From an uncultured bacterium (GTDB lineage Bacteria; Cyanobacteriota; Cyanobacteriia; Phormidesmidales; Phormidesmidaceae), in the NCBI GenBank assembly GCA_963923025.1, contig CAWUKV010000003.1, forward strand, positions 8,776 to 72,775: a stretch of 64,000 nucleotides of DNA, written 5' to 3'. The notes below the pieces were generated by a model. That model searched no databases. It was given only the letters and a program-made list of their open reading frames with translations, and was not told where the DNA came from. The position numbers were made by a program, and so were the translations under genes. This document shows positions 20,376 to 29,919 of the stretch, one piece after another. Positions within the stretch are counted from its first letter, which is position 1, and each line of letters starts with the position of its first letter.

Positions 20376-21067
20376 TACGGCATTGGGTCAAGCGTCTGGT
20401 TCTGATTGCGTTAGTGCTGTGCCTGACTGGGTGTGTGGACTACGACCTGGGCATTCAGTTCGATAGTCAGACCCACGGTACCCTCACGCAGACCCTGCAC
20501 CTGAGTGAGCGGGTAGCGCGGTTGAACCCCGACCGAGCCCAGCATTGGCTGCGTCAGTTTGAGCAGCGGGCCAAGCTCCAGGGCGGCAGGGTAAAACGGG
20601 TGGATGCCCGAACGGTGCAGGTTACGGTGCCGTTTAACAACGGGGCAGACCTCAGCGATAGTTACAATTCTCTGTTTGACACCGAAGAGAATCCAGCGCT
20701 GGGCCAGTTGCCCGGTTCGCCGCAGCTCACCTCGCACTTAAACCTGCATCAACAAAACCGAGTCTTGGCACTGCGTAATCAGCTCGATTTAGACATCGAC
20801 CTGACCTCGCTACCCGACCTCAACACGACCCGGCAAGATTGGCGGGTGCTCAATCTTGCCTTTCACCTCGTCACCCCTTGGGGTGTGGTCACCCAGTCTG
20901 GCGGCGTGGGGCGGGGCCGCGAGGTGATATGGCCGCTACAGCCAGGGCAGATCACGCACGTTCAGGCCGAGTTTTGGGTACCCAGCCCGATTGGCATTGG
21001 CGCAGGCGCGATCGCACTGCTGATGGGGCTGGGTTACCTGCTTAAATATGGCTTCGGGAGCCGCTGA
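20363..21067 (+). CDS. lipoprotein, DUF3153-like (tentative)
   Basis: GTG start with AGGAGG 7 nt upstream, a lipobox LCLTGC and a C-terminal transmembrane helix. Its stop overlaps the start of the downstream UPF0182 gene. Confidence 0.55.
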   Translation: MVQLIRHWVKRLVLIALVLCLTGCVDYDLGIQFDSQTHGTLTQTLHLSERVARLNPDRAQHWLRQFEQRAKLQGGRVKRVDARTVQVTVPFNNGADLSDSYNSLFDTEENPALGQLPGSPQLTSHLNLHQQNRVLALRNQLDLDIDLTSLPDLNTTRQDWRVLNLAFHLVTPWGVVTQSGGVGRGREVIWPLQPGQITHVQAEFWVPSPIGIGAGAIALLMGLGYLLKYGFGSR

Positions 21068-21069
21068 GA

Positions 21070-24000
21070 ATGGAAAAAGCGCTGATGCGGGTGAAGGTGA
21101 ACACTTGGCGATGGGTGGTTGCGATCGCGGCGATGCTGCTCAGCGTTGATATTGTCACCTACTTCATGGCCGAGGGGCTGTGGTTTGAGTCCGTGGACTA
21201 CCTGCAAGCCTTTTGGCTGCGGCTGCAAACCCAGTTGGGGCTAGGAGCACTGGGGCTGGCAGGCAGCTTTGGGTTCGCCCTGGTAAATCTGCTGCGGGCG
21301 CGGCGGCTCAGCGTTGACGACAACTGTATCTTGCCCAATGCCAACAATCGACGGACGGGCATTGGTTTGACGGGGCTGTTGCCACTGGCGGTGGGGCTGG
21401 CGGTGCTGATCATGGTGCTGCTGTTGTATCACGGTCAGCTGGCCGTTACCCGCTGGCATACTCAGGATGTTGGGGACGCACTACCGGCGCTGCCGCTGTG
21501 GCTCAACTTTCGGACGGGCTGGCAGGTAACGCAACAGGTGCTGGCGCTGCCGTGGTTAGGAGCAGTGCTGCTAGTGGGAGCGGTGGGTTTCCTGATATAC
21601 CCCATGCTGCTAGGGTATCTCAGCACCGTGGTCATCAGCCTCTGTTTTGGCCTGGTGCTGTCGTCCCAGTGGTCGAGAATTCTGCCCGCGCTCAACCCCA
21701 CCGCGTTTGGCATTGACGACCCACTATTCAACAACGACATTAGCTTTTACATTTTCCGACTGCCCATTCTCGAACTAGTGGAGTTTTGGATTTCCGGACT
21801 GTTGTTGTTTACCCTGGCGCTGGTAACGCTGGTATACCTGCTGGCGGGCAACAGCCTCAGTCAAGGGCGGTTTTTGGGCCTTGCTCCCCCGCAGCGGCGG
21901 CATCTGTTTGGCCTCTCCGGCGGGCTGTTGTTGACAACAGCTCTAGACAACTGGATTGCCCGCTACGAGCTGCTGTATTCGCCTCGGGGGGTAACCTTTG
22001 GAGCCAGCTACACCGATGTTGCCGTATCTCTGCCAGTGAATACGGGCTTGAGCATTCTGGCGCTGGTGCTGGCTGTCATTCTGCTATGGCGGACGCTATT
22101 TTGGGATACCACCTTTCGCGGGCTGGTGGAATGGCTGATGATGATTGGCCGCAACCAGTACGCCTACGTTCCCAAGGTACCGGTACGGCCTCGCAGTTCT
22201 CGACTGCTGATTAGCATTGTGCTGGGCTATTTGGCAGTGAGCGTGCTAGGCGCAACGGTAGTGCCGGGGATTGTGCAGCGGCTGGTAGTACAGCCGAACG
22301 AGCTCGAACGAGAAACGCCCTTCATTGAGAAAACAATTGCGTTTACCCGCCAAGCTTTTAACCTGACGGATGTTCAGGATGAGGTATTCATACCAGAAGA
22401 TTCTCTGACAGCGGCAGACTTGGAGCGCAACAACCTGACAGTCCGCAACATCCGCGTTTGGGACACCCGTCCCCTGCTAGAGAGTAACCGGCAGCTCCAG
22501 CAGATTCGCTCGTACTACGAGTTTGTAGATGCTGATGTCGACCGCTATACCCTGCGCAACGACGACGGCAGTACCGAGCGCCGTCAGGTAATTATTTCAG
22601 CGCGGGAGCTGAATACTGACCGATTAGATGAGATTGCCCAAACTTGGGTGAACCGACATTTGAGCTATACCCACGGCTACGGGTTCACCATGAGCCCAGT
22701 CAATACGGCGGGGGTCGGCGGCCTGCCGACCTACTTCATTAAAGACATTGCCCATGTCCCTAGCAACCCAGCGGTGGCCCGTAGCATTCCGGTAGGGGAG
22801 CCGCGCATCTACTTTGGCGAGCTGACAAACAACTACGTCATGACGTCGACTCGAGTAGAAGAGTTGGACTACCCCAGCGGCAGCGACAATGTGTACACCG
22901 TCTATGACGGGCAGGGCGGCATCAGCATTGGCGACCCCTTTCGGCGGTTGCTGTATGCCAAGCATCTAGGCGACTGGCAAATGCTGTTTACCGACAACTT
23001 TACGCCCGAGACACAGCTGTTGTTTCGGCGCAACATTCAAGACCGAGTGAAGCGGATTGCGCCGTTTCTGCAGTTTGACCAGGATCCCTACCTGGTAATT
23101 GCCAATGTACCCTCTGCCCCCGCCAACGAGCAAAACAAGCTGTATTGGATTGTGGATGCCTATACGACGAGCGATCGCTACCCCTATGCCGACCCAGAGC
23201 AAAACGAGTTCAACTACATCCGCAACTCGGTCAAGGCGGTGGTGAATGCGTACCAGGGGACGGTCGACTTTTACGTAGCCGATGCCGAAGACCCGGTCAT
23301 TCAAACTTGGGCCAGTCTATTTCCCAACATGTTTCAGCCGCTAGCAGACATGCCCACTGAGCTGGCGGCTCACATCCGCTACCCCCAAGACTATTCATTG
23401 GTGCAGTCTAATCAGCTGCTAACGTATCACATGACGGATCCGCGCGTGTTCTATAACCGTGAGGACCAGTGGCGGGCACCCAGCGAAATTTACGCCAACG
23501 AGCAGCAGGTAGTGGAACCCTACTATCTGATTATGAGGCTGCCGGATGCGGACGCTGAGGAGTTCATTCTCTTGCGTCCTTTCACGCCTCGTCAGCGTAA
23601 CAACCTGATTGCTTGGCTGGCGGCTCGTTCAGACGGCGAAAACTATGGGCGCATTTTGCTGTACCGCTTCCCCAAGCAGGAGCTCGTGTTTGGTCCAGAA
23701 CAGATTGAGGCTCGAATTAACCAGGATCCCGAGATTTCGCAGCGGATCTCCCTGTGGGACACCCAGGGCTCACGGGCGAATCAGGGCAATCTACTGGTAA
23801 TTCCCATTGAAGATTCTCTTTTGTACGTGGAGCCGTTATACCTAGAAGCAGAACAAAATCAGCTGCCAACCCTGGCACGAGTTATCGTGGCTTACCAAAA
23901 TAGAATTGCGATGGCAGAAACGCTGGATCAGTCGCTCAGTGCTATCTTTAACCAGCGCAAGTCGAGCAGCCCAGCGATTATTCGCGATCTTGAAAACAGC

Positions 24001-24084
24001 GAGGCTGATACGCCCGACCAAATCGACCAGCTGCTGCTACCGGATGAGCCAGCTCCGTCAAACACCATTGAGCCAAGCGAATAA
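21070..24084 (+). CDS. UPF0182 family membrane protein (paralog 1)
   Basis: 1004 aa ORF with an N-terminal multi-transmembrane region and a large extracytoplasmic domain carrying the conserved YIDAYTTSDRYPY and LLVIPIEDSLLYVEPLYL motifs. Confidence 0.85.
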   Translation: MEKALMRVKVNTWRWVVAIAAMLLSVDIVTYFMAEGLWFESVDYLQAFWLRLQTQLGLGALGLAGSFGFALVNLLRARRLSVDDNCILPNANNRRTGIGLTGLLPLAVGLAVLIMVLLLYHGQLAVTRWHTQDVGDALPALPLWLNFRTGWQVTQQVLALPWLGAVLLVGAVGFLIYPMLLGYLSTVVISLCFGLVLSSQWSRILPALNPTAFGIDDPLFNNDISFYIFRLPILELVEFWISGLLLFTLALVTLVYLLAGNSLSQGRFLGLAPPQRRHLFGLSGGLLLTTALDNWIARYELLYSPRGVTFGASYTDVAVSLPVNTGLSILALVLAVILLWRTLFWDTTFRGLVEWLMMIGRNQYAYVPKVPVRPRSSRLLISIVLGYLAVSVLGATVVPGIVQRLVVQPNELERETPFIEKTIAFTRQAFNLTDVQDEVFIPEDSLTAADLERNNLTVRNIRVWDTRPLLESNRQLQQIRSYYEFVDADVDRYTLRNDDGSTERRQVIISARELNTDRLDEIAQTWVNRHLSYTHGYGFTMSPVNTAGVGGLPTYFIKDIAHVPSNPAVARSIPVGEPRIYFGELTNNYVMTSTRVEELDYPSGSDNVYTVYDGQGGISIGDPFRRLLYAKHLGDWQMLFTDNFTPETQLLFRRNIQDRVKRIAPFLQFDQDPYLVIANVPSAPANEQNKLYWIVDAYTTSDRYPYADPEQNEFNYIRNSVKAVVNAYQGTVDFYVADAEDPVIQTWASLFPNMFQPLADMPTELAAHIRYPQDYSLVQSNQLLTYHMTDPRVFYNREDQWRAPSEIYANEQQVVEPYYLIMRLPDADAEEFILLRPFTPRQRNNLIAWLAARSDGENYGRILLYRFPKQELVFGPEQIEARINQDPEISQRISLWDTQGSRANQGNLLVIPIEDSLLYVEPLYLEAEQNQLPTLARVIVAYQNRIAMAETLDQSLSAIFNQRKSSSPAIIRDLENSEADTPDQIDQLLLPDEPAPSNTIEPSE

Positions 24085-24440
24085 AGGGGCTAGGGATGAG
24101 CCGTACGAATAGTTGTTTTACTGATATTCTGAAAAGCCATGAGCTAGAACAACTCCATATCAATATCAGTCCATCAGGTCTGAGCTCATAGGCTCCAAGC
24201 GGTGGCCTTATTGGTAGGCGCCGCGTTAGTGCAGCAGGGCGATCGCTACAGGGAAGACCCCAGAAGAAAACCCAACGACGAGACGACTCAGTCAAAAATT
24301 GCCGAATACAATGGCAGTATGGCGTACGCCCAAAACAACAGTCAGCTATGGACAGGCTACCAAACCAGCTCATCCCAAGCCGCACGCTCTGCTTGCCAAA
24401 CCACGATTGAGCTCGTCAAGGAGCCCATAAGGAGGAGGAG

Positions 24441-24599
24441 ATGCGTACCGCAAGACACGTAGGGTCACGTGCTGGCCCAAGACCGGTATCCAAAAACACA
24501 AATTTTCCTACACATTTATCTAAAGATGAAGCTATTGAACAAGCCCATTCGCGAGTTCCTAACCCCAAAAACCGCATCGCGTTTAATATTCCATGCTGA
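24441..24599 (+). CDS. small basic ORF (52 aa) translationally coupled to the downstream binding-protein gene
   Basis: AAGGAGGAGGAG lies immediately upstream of the ATG. Its stop overlaps the next start (ccATGcTGA). The translation is MRTARHVGSRAGPRPVSKNTNFPTHLSKDEAIEQAHSRVPNPKNRIAFNIPC. Confidence 0.4.
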   Translation: MRTARHVGSRAGPRPVSKNTNFPTHLSKDEAIEQAHSRVPNPKNRIAFNIPC

Positions 24600-25738
24600 A
24601 AGCGCTTTTATCCCCTCTCACCGCCCCCGACCTACGCCAACTGTCCACCGCGGCCCTGACCCTGGCCGTACTGCTGGGCACCGCCGCCTGCCAAACCCCA
24701 ACCGAGACAGCAGTAGATGCTGAGGCCCCAGCTGAAGCAGTAGCAGATGAGGCTGCCGAAGCACCGGCTGAGCTGACGTCTGTGAACTTCACGCTGTCCT
24801 GGCTATTACAGGGCGTAGACGGGCCGCTAACCCTGGCGATAGACCGGGGCTACTTTGCCGAGGCGGGGTTGGACGTTAGCTTTGAGCGCGGCTTCGGCTC
24901 ATCGGACACCGCTTCGAAGATTGCTGCAGGCCAGTACGACATGGGCTTTGGCGATGTTTATTCCATGATCGAATTCAATCAGCAAAACCCGGATGACAAG
25001 CTGATTGCTGTGGCAGTGACCACCAACCGCGCCCCCTTCGCTTTGCTGGCGTTTGAAGACAGCGGCATCGAATCATTGGACGACATGGCCGGGAAGAAAC
25101 TGGGTGCCCCCGTGGGCGACGCCCCTCGGCGGCTGTGGCCCGTCCTGGCAGAGGAAGCTGGCGTAGACGCCGATGCAGTGGAGTGGGTCAGTATGGAACC
25201 CAAGCTGCGTCAGAGCTTTTTGCTCCAGGGCAACGTCGATGCCATTAGCGGCTTCAGCTATTCCATGATTCCAGCCCTAGTCGAGGCCGGTAAAACCCTC
25301 GACGACATGAACATTTTCTACTATACCGAGAACGGGCTGGACTTCTACGGCAACGTCATTATGGTGAAAGAGTCTTTCCTAGCCGAGAATCCTGAAGTGG
25401 TAGAAGGCTTTTTGGCAGCTTACATCAAAGGCATGCAGGACGCCGTCGCCGACCCCGAAGCTGGCCTAGCCGCAGTTATGGCTGCGGGTGACGAACTGAT
25501 GGACGAGAACGCCGAGCGGCTGAGATTGCAGATTGCGCTCGATGGCCTACTGGTGAACGAAGAAGTGGAAGAGATTGGCTTTGGCGCTGCCGACCCTGAA
25601 CGACTAGAAGCCACCATTGCCCAAACGGTCGAGGGCTTTGACTTACCTGAAACACCGGCAGTGGAAGAGGTCTTTGATGATAGCTATCTACCTGCGTTAG
25701 AAGACCGGCTACCCGGCGAGGTGGGGACTTTAGAGTAA
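24593..25738 (+). CDS. ABC-type transporter periplasmic substrate-binding lipoprotein, NMT1/THI5 (SsuA/TauA/ThiY-like) family
   Basis: 381 aa ORF with signal peptide and lipobox LLGTAAC, and a periplasmic binding fold. No permease or ATPase gene lies adjacent. Confidence 0.75.
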   Translation: MLKALLSPLTAPDLRQLSTAALTLAVLLGTAACQTPTETAVDAEAPAEAVADEAAEAPAELTSVNFTLSWLLQGVDGPLTLAIDRGYFAEAGLDVSFERGFGSSDTASKIAAGQYDMGFGDVYSMIEFNQQNPDDKLIAVAVTTNRAPFALLAFEDSGIESLDDMAGKKLGAPVGDAPRRLWPVLAEEAGVDADAVEWVSMEPKLRQSFLLQGNVDAISGFSYSMIPALVEAGKTLDDMNIFYYTENGLDFYGNVIMVKESFLAENPEVVEGFLAAYIKGMQDAVADPEAGLAAVMAAGDELMDENAERLRLQIALDGLLVNEEVEEIGFGAADPERLEATIAQTVEGFDLPETPAVEEVFDDSYLPALEDRLPGEVGTLE

Positions 25739-25754
25739 GAGGTGCGTAGATCGA

Positions 25755-26753
25755 ATGCTGGTGACCCAACACCCTGTCTTTCGACAGTTTTGGTATCCGG
25801 TAATGCCGCTAGAACGCTTGCGGTCAGGGCCACAGGCGTTTTCTTTGCTGGGTCAGTCACTGGCATTGTGGCTAAACGCAGCAGAGCAGCCGGTAGCCGT
25901 AGAAGACCGCTGCTGTCATCGCTCCGCAAAGCTCTCTAAAGGGGTAGTTAAGGATGGGCATCTCCAGTGCCCGTACCACGGCTGGTGCTTTGCGGGAACA
26001 GGGGCCTGTACTCTGGTCCCGCAATTGGCTGAGCCAGTTATCCCGAAAACCTACCGAGTCAAATCCTTTCGCTGCGACTCGCGTTATGGCTATGCCTGGG
26101 TCTGTCTAGACACGCCCAGGGCAGACATTCCGGCTATTGCAGAAGCAGAGGACCCAGCCTTTCGCTACATTCCTGAGTTTTACGAAATCTGGCAGTGCGC
26201 AGGACTGCGGCTGATGGAAAATTCTTTTGACAATGCCCATCCGCACTTTGTTCACGACAAAACCTTTGGCCTACAGCAGGACCCCATCCCCCCTGCCCCC
26301 GATACGTTTGTTGAGTCGCCATCTGGCTTCACGATGACCTATCGGCTGCCGGTCAAAAATTCTACAGAGCAGCAGCGCAACCTTGGCATGGAGGAGACAC
26401 GCACCGTGCGCATCAGTGAGGGCAAGTGGTACGCCCCCTTTATCAGAACGCTGAAGATCACCTATCCCAACGGGCTCATCCATCTCATTTTCACAGCGGC
26501 TACCCCCATTGATGATGGCTCAATTCAGGTTGTACAGTTTTGCCTGCGCAACGATGGAGAAGCGGATGCCAAAGCCGCAGACATTGTGGCGTTTGACCGG
26601 GCAGTAACCCTAGAGGACAAACTGATTTTAGAAGGAACCGACTCTGACGTGCCGCTGGACATAAAGGCTGAACAGCACATGGTCAGCGACAAACCCGGCA
26701 TTGTTATGCGTCATCGGCTAGCTGCACTCATTCGTGACACAGAGGGTCGCTGA
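25755..26753 (+). CDS. Rieske [2Fe-2S] non-heme iron oxygenase alpha subunit (PAO/VanA-like)
   Basis: Rieske motif CCHRSAKLS...CPYHGW and a mononuclear iron motif ENSFDNAHPHFVHD. Confidence 0.85.
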   Translation: MLVTQHPVFRQFWYPVMPLERLRSGPQAFSLLGQSLALWLNAAEQPVAVEDRCCHRSAKLSKGVVKDGHLQCPYHGWCFAGTGACTLVPQLAEPVIPKTYRVKSFRCDSRYGYAWVCLDTPRADIPAIAEAEDPAFRYIPEFYEIWQCAGLRLMENSFDNAHPHFVHDKTFGLQQDPIPPAPDTFVESPSGFTMTYRLPVKNSTEQQRNLGMEETRTVRISEGKWYAPFIRTLKITYPNGLIHLIFTAATPIDDGSIQVVQFCLRNDGEADAKAADIVAFDRAVTLEDKLILEGTDSDVPLDIKAEQHMVSDKPGIVMRHRLAALIRDTEGR

Positions 26754-26779
26754 TGGTATTCGGCGCGATCGCGATACTA

Positions 26780-27343
26780 TCAGCCCACGACGGACACCTC
26801 AGACCGCTGCCGTTCCGAGTAGGCTTTTAGCCCTTCTAGGTCTTTGATCTGAAGCTCACGGACCCATTTCACAATGCCAAAAAGCTTTGCCGGCACATGG
26901 AACGGGCGGTCGTAGGTGTTGTCGAAATGCAACGTCACTTCTGTCTGCTGATTAGGCAGCGATCGCAGGTCAAAGTCAAGGTAAGGCGTATGCTTCAGCG
27001 GACCACTATCGACCAGGGTCATCGAGACCTTTTGGTTCGGCTCTAGCCCAATAATTTCCTGATGGCCAAAGCGCTTGCCTTCGTCAAAAAAGACCGTGCG
27101 GGCCCCGACAGCACCATCGGCATTCTCAACTGAGCAAGTTGAGCCCGTTGCCTCGGGCCATGCCGACCATGCCATCAATCGATCTTGCCAGCGAATATTG
27201 TTGTACACCTGCTCAACTGGGGCGTTCACAACGATCTTCTCTGAATATTCGACCTTGTTGGGTAGCAAGAAAACCAACACCAAACACGCGCCCAAAAGTA
27301 GGATTGCTCCATTGAGAACAATTGCCATAACTTCTCCATTCAA
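26780..27343 (-). CDS. SRPBCC (polyketide cyclase/START-like) family protein with N-terminal transmembrane anchor
   Basis: 187 aa ORF with a hydrophobic N-terminus and a Bet v1-like fold. Confidence 0.55.
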   Translation of the reverse strand: MNGEVMAIVLNGAILLLGACLVLVFLLPNKVEYSEKIVVNAPVEQVYNNIRWQDRLMAWSAWPEATGSTCSVENADGAVGARTVFFDEGKRFGHQEIIGLEPNQKVSMTLVDSGPLKHTPYLDFDLRSLPNQQTEVTLHFDNTYDRPFHVPAKLFGIVKWVRELQIKDLEGLKAYSERQRSEVSVVG

Positions 27344-27425
27344 GGCTGATGACGACCCGCGTCTATGCCAGTCGCCTGTACAATATAATTAGAACACAAA
27401 GTATCTTGATCATCAAGTTAAAATT

Positions 27426-27875
27426 TTGAGTCATCCTGAAAGTCTAGAATCCATCATTCTTGCAGGGCGAAGAATTCATGCGGCCATTGACGCTGTAGAC
27501 TACGCCATTTCCGAACATCTCGGCATTCATCGCAACGATTTGCGGGCGCTTAACTTGCTAGAGGACGGTCCACTCTCCCCAAAAATGATTGCCGAGCGAG
27601 TTGGGCTAACTAGCGGCTCAGTCACCGCGCTGATTGACCGATTAGAAAAGGCAGGCTTTGTAGAACGCCGACCCTCAAAAACCGATCGCCGTTCGATAGA
27701 AGTTGGTATTGCACCGCATCGTTATGCAGAGATTGGTGCGCTGTATCGCCAGTGTGCCGCAGGGTTGATGAACAAGTTTGGCGACAAAACAGAAGATACG
27801 ATAAAAGCATCGGTAGCGGTGCTCTCAGAGTTTGCTGAGGCGATGGAGCAAGCAGCTGCATCACTAGAGGACTAG
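27426..27875 (+). CDS. MarR family transcriptional regulator
   Basis: Winged-helix segment LSPKMIAERVGLTSGSVTALIDRLEKAGFVERRPSKTDRR. Confidence 0.85.
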   Translation: MSHPESLESIILAGRRIHAAIDAVDYAISEHLGIHRNDLRALNLLEDGPLSPKMIAERVGLTSGSVTALIDRLEKAGFVERRPSKTDRRSIEVGIAPHRYAEIGALYRQCAAGLMNKFGDKTEDTIKASVAVLSEFAEAMEQAAASLED

Positions 27876-27939
27876 CAGCCTGTTAAACAACTGCCCCCAG
27901 CGCCAGCGCCCTGGGGGCAGTTCGGTCAGAGCGCTACAG

Positions 27940-29919
27940 CTATGCCTGAATGACGAAGTTGTCAGCGTCTAAGGTCGGTGCGCCTTCCAGCGTTGCATAC
28001 TGTCCGCCGCTGCCAAAACCTGCTTCCGCACCGTTGGCGTTGTAGTACAGCGTACCGGTATCGGCACCGTAAACAATCAGGGCATCGCTCAGTTCTGCCT
28101 CTTCGGCGCTGTTCACCACCGCAAACTCATCAGCAGATAGCGGCCCACCGACAGCACTGGTGAGCTGAGTAAAGACGGTCAGATCTAGCACAATGCTGTC
28201 AATGTCCTCAAAGTTCTGGATTTGATTGGTGCCGATATCTGCCGCATCAAAGGCAGCACCAGTGTCAAAGCCAAAGAAATCGGCCCCATCGCCGCCAATG
28301 AGAATATCGTTGCCACCACCACCAATCAGTAGGTCGGCCCCGCCGCCGCCAATGAGAATATCGTCGCCGGCACCGCCGATGAGAATGTCGTTACCCGCGC
28401 CACCGTCGGCCACGATTGGGGTTAATGTCGCGCTGGCATTGAGAAAATCATTACCCTCCCCACCAGAAAAAACTACAGACTGAACGTCGCTACCGGTCAG
28501 ATCCTCAACCGTCAGCGAATCATCACCACCCTGGCCGTTAATCTCAAACTGTTCGATCCCTTCGTTAGTGAGGGTAAACAGCCCCAGATTTAGGCGGTCA
28601 AAAATAGCCTGACCGTTCACCTGGCCTAAGTTGAACTCATCCCCAGGGCCGTCAGCGCCGTTGACCTGGGTAACGTCGAACCCGGCACCCCCATCAATGA
28701 AGTCGCTGCCGTCGCCGTTGTTCCAAATAAAGCGGTCGTCACCATCACCCAGGTTGGCAGTATCGCTGCCTCGCTGGCCCACAACAATGTCGTTGCCCGC
28801 CCCAGCAAAGAATGTGTCATCGGCGGAGCTGCCCAGCAGCAGGTCGTCACCATCACCCCCAAAAGCCTCAATCGTTGTCGTGCTTTCTCTGGCATCTAAG
28901 AGGTCATTTCCGTCACCGCCTGAGAAGACCACCTTTTTCACCGCACTGCCGGTCAGATCACCCACCGTCAGTGAATCGTCACCGCCGAGGCCATTGATTT
29001 CAAACCGCTCGACGTTCTCATTCGTCAGGGTAAACGGCCCCAGATTCAGGCGGTTGAAAATGGCCTGACCATTCTCCTGACTCAGGTCAAACTGGTCGCC
29101 AGGGCCGTCAGCCCCGTTGACCTGCGTGGTGTCGTAGCCCTTGCCACCGTCAATAAAGTCGCTGCCGTCACCGTTGTTCCAAACGAAACGATCGCGCCCT
29201 CCACCGAGGCGAGCAGTATCGCTGCCCCGCTGGCCCACAACAATATCGTCACCCGACCCGGCCACAAAAGTATCGTCCGCAGAGCCACCCAGCAGCAGAT
29301 CGTCACCGCTACCGCCCTTGGCTTTAATTTTAGTCGAACTCTCACGGGCATCTAACGTATCGTTGCCGTCGCCACCGGAGAAAACAACCTTCTTTACAGC
29401 GCTGTTGGACAAATCGCCAACCGTCAAAGAATCATCGCCACCCAGGCCATTGATTTCAAACCGTTCGATATTCTGGTTGGTGAGGGTAAACGGCCCCAGA
29501 TTCAGGCGGTTAAAGATGGCCTGTCCATGCGCTTCTCTCAGGTCGAACTGGTCGCCAGGGCCATCAGCACCGTTAACCTGCGTGGTGTCGTAGCCCTTGC
29601 CACCGTCAATAAAGTCGCTACCGTCACCGTTGTTCCAAACAAACCGATCGCGGCCTGCCCCCAGGAAGGCAACGTCGTTTCCTGTCTGACCAACAACGAC
29701 ATCGTTTCCACTACCGGCAAACATAACGTCGGTGCCAGCACCGCCTAAAATCGTATCGTCACCGTCTAAACCGAAGAAAATATCGTCCTGATCACCGCCT
29801 ATTAGCCCGTCATCGCCATTGCTGCCGATGAAAATGTCGCCCAGATCCTCAATCTCAGGCGCGTCATCGAAGATCGAACCGACAATCTGATTAACCAAAA
29901 ACGCTAGAAAAGAATTCAT
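27940..29919 (-). CDS. RTX-type calcium-binding protein with hemolysin-type GGxGxD repeats
   Basis: About 660 aa. The start is at MNSFLAF (29919) with AAGGAG upstream. It carries dozens of GGDGNDxL / GGxGxDxx nonapeptides and three roughly 150 aa internal repeats. Confidence 0.85.
   Translation of the reverse strand: MNSFLAFLVNQIVGSIFDDAPEIEDLGDIFIGSNGDDGLIGGDQDDIFFGLDGDDTILGGAGTDVMFAGSGNDVVVGQTGNDVAFLGAGRDRFVWNNGDGSDFIDGGKGYDTTQVNGADGPGDQFDLREAHGQAIFNRLNLGPFTLTNQNIERFEINGLGGDDSLTVGDLSNSAVKKVVFSGGDGNDTLDARESSTKIKAKGGSGDDLLLGGSADDTFVAGSGDDIVVGQRGSDTARLGGGRDRFVWNNGDGSDFIDGGKGYDTTQVNGADGPGDQFDLSQENGQAIFNRLNLGPFTLTNENVERFEINGLGGDDSLTVGDLTGSAVKKVVFSGGDGNDLLDARESTTTIEAFGGDGDDLLLGSSADDTFFAGAGNDIVVGQRGSDTANLGDGDDRFIWNNGDGSDFIDGGAGFDVTQVNGADGPGDEFNLGQVNGQAIFDRLNLGLFTLTNEGIEQFEINGQGGDDSLTVEDLTGSDVQSVVFSGGEGNDFLNASATLTPIVADGGAGNDILIGGAGDDILIGGGGADLLIGGGGNDILIGGDGADFFGFDTGAAFDAADIGTNQIQNFEDIDSIVLDLTVFTQLTSAVGGPLSADEFAVVNSAEEAELSDALIVYGADTGTLYYNANGAEAGFGSGGQYATLEGAPTLDADNFVIQA
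28290..29660. repeat. roughly 450 bp intragenic tandem repeat, about 3 copies, inside the RTX gene
   Basis: Near-identical DNA blocks occur at a 450 bp period. For example gtcgccagggccgtcagccccgttgacctgcgtggtgtcgtagcccttgccaccgtcaataaagtcgct is seen at about 29095 and again at about 29545. Confidence 0.7.

Noticed and set aside
24085-24440. TPP riboswitch upstream of the NMT1/THI5-type binding-protein gene (ctgag-like and ggggc strings present)
   Set aside because: The conserved TPP aptamer blocks (GGGGUGCCC...CUGAGA...ACCUGAUC.GGAUAAUGCC) are not present in order. The resemblance is superficial.
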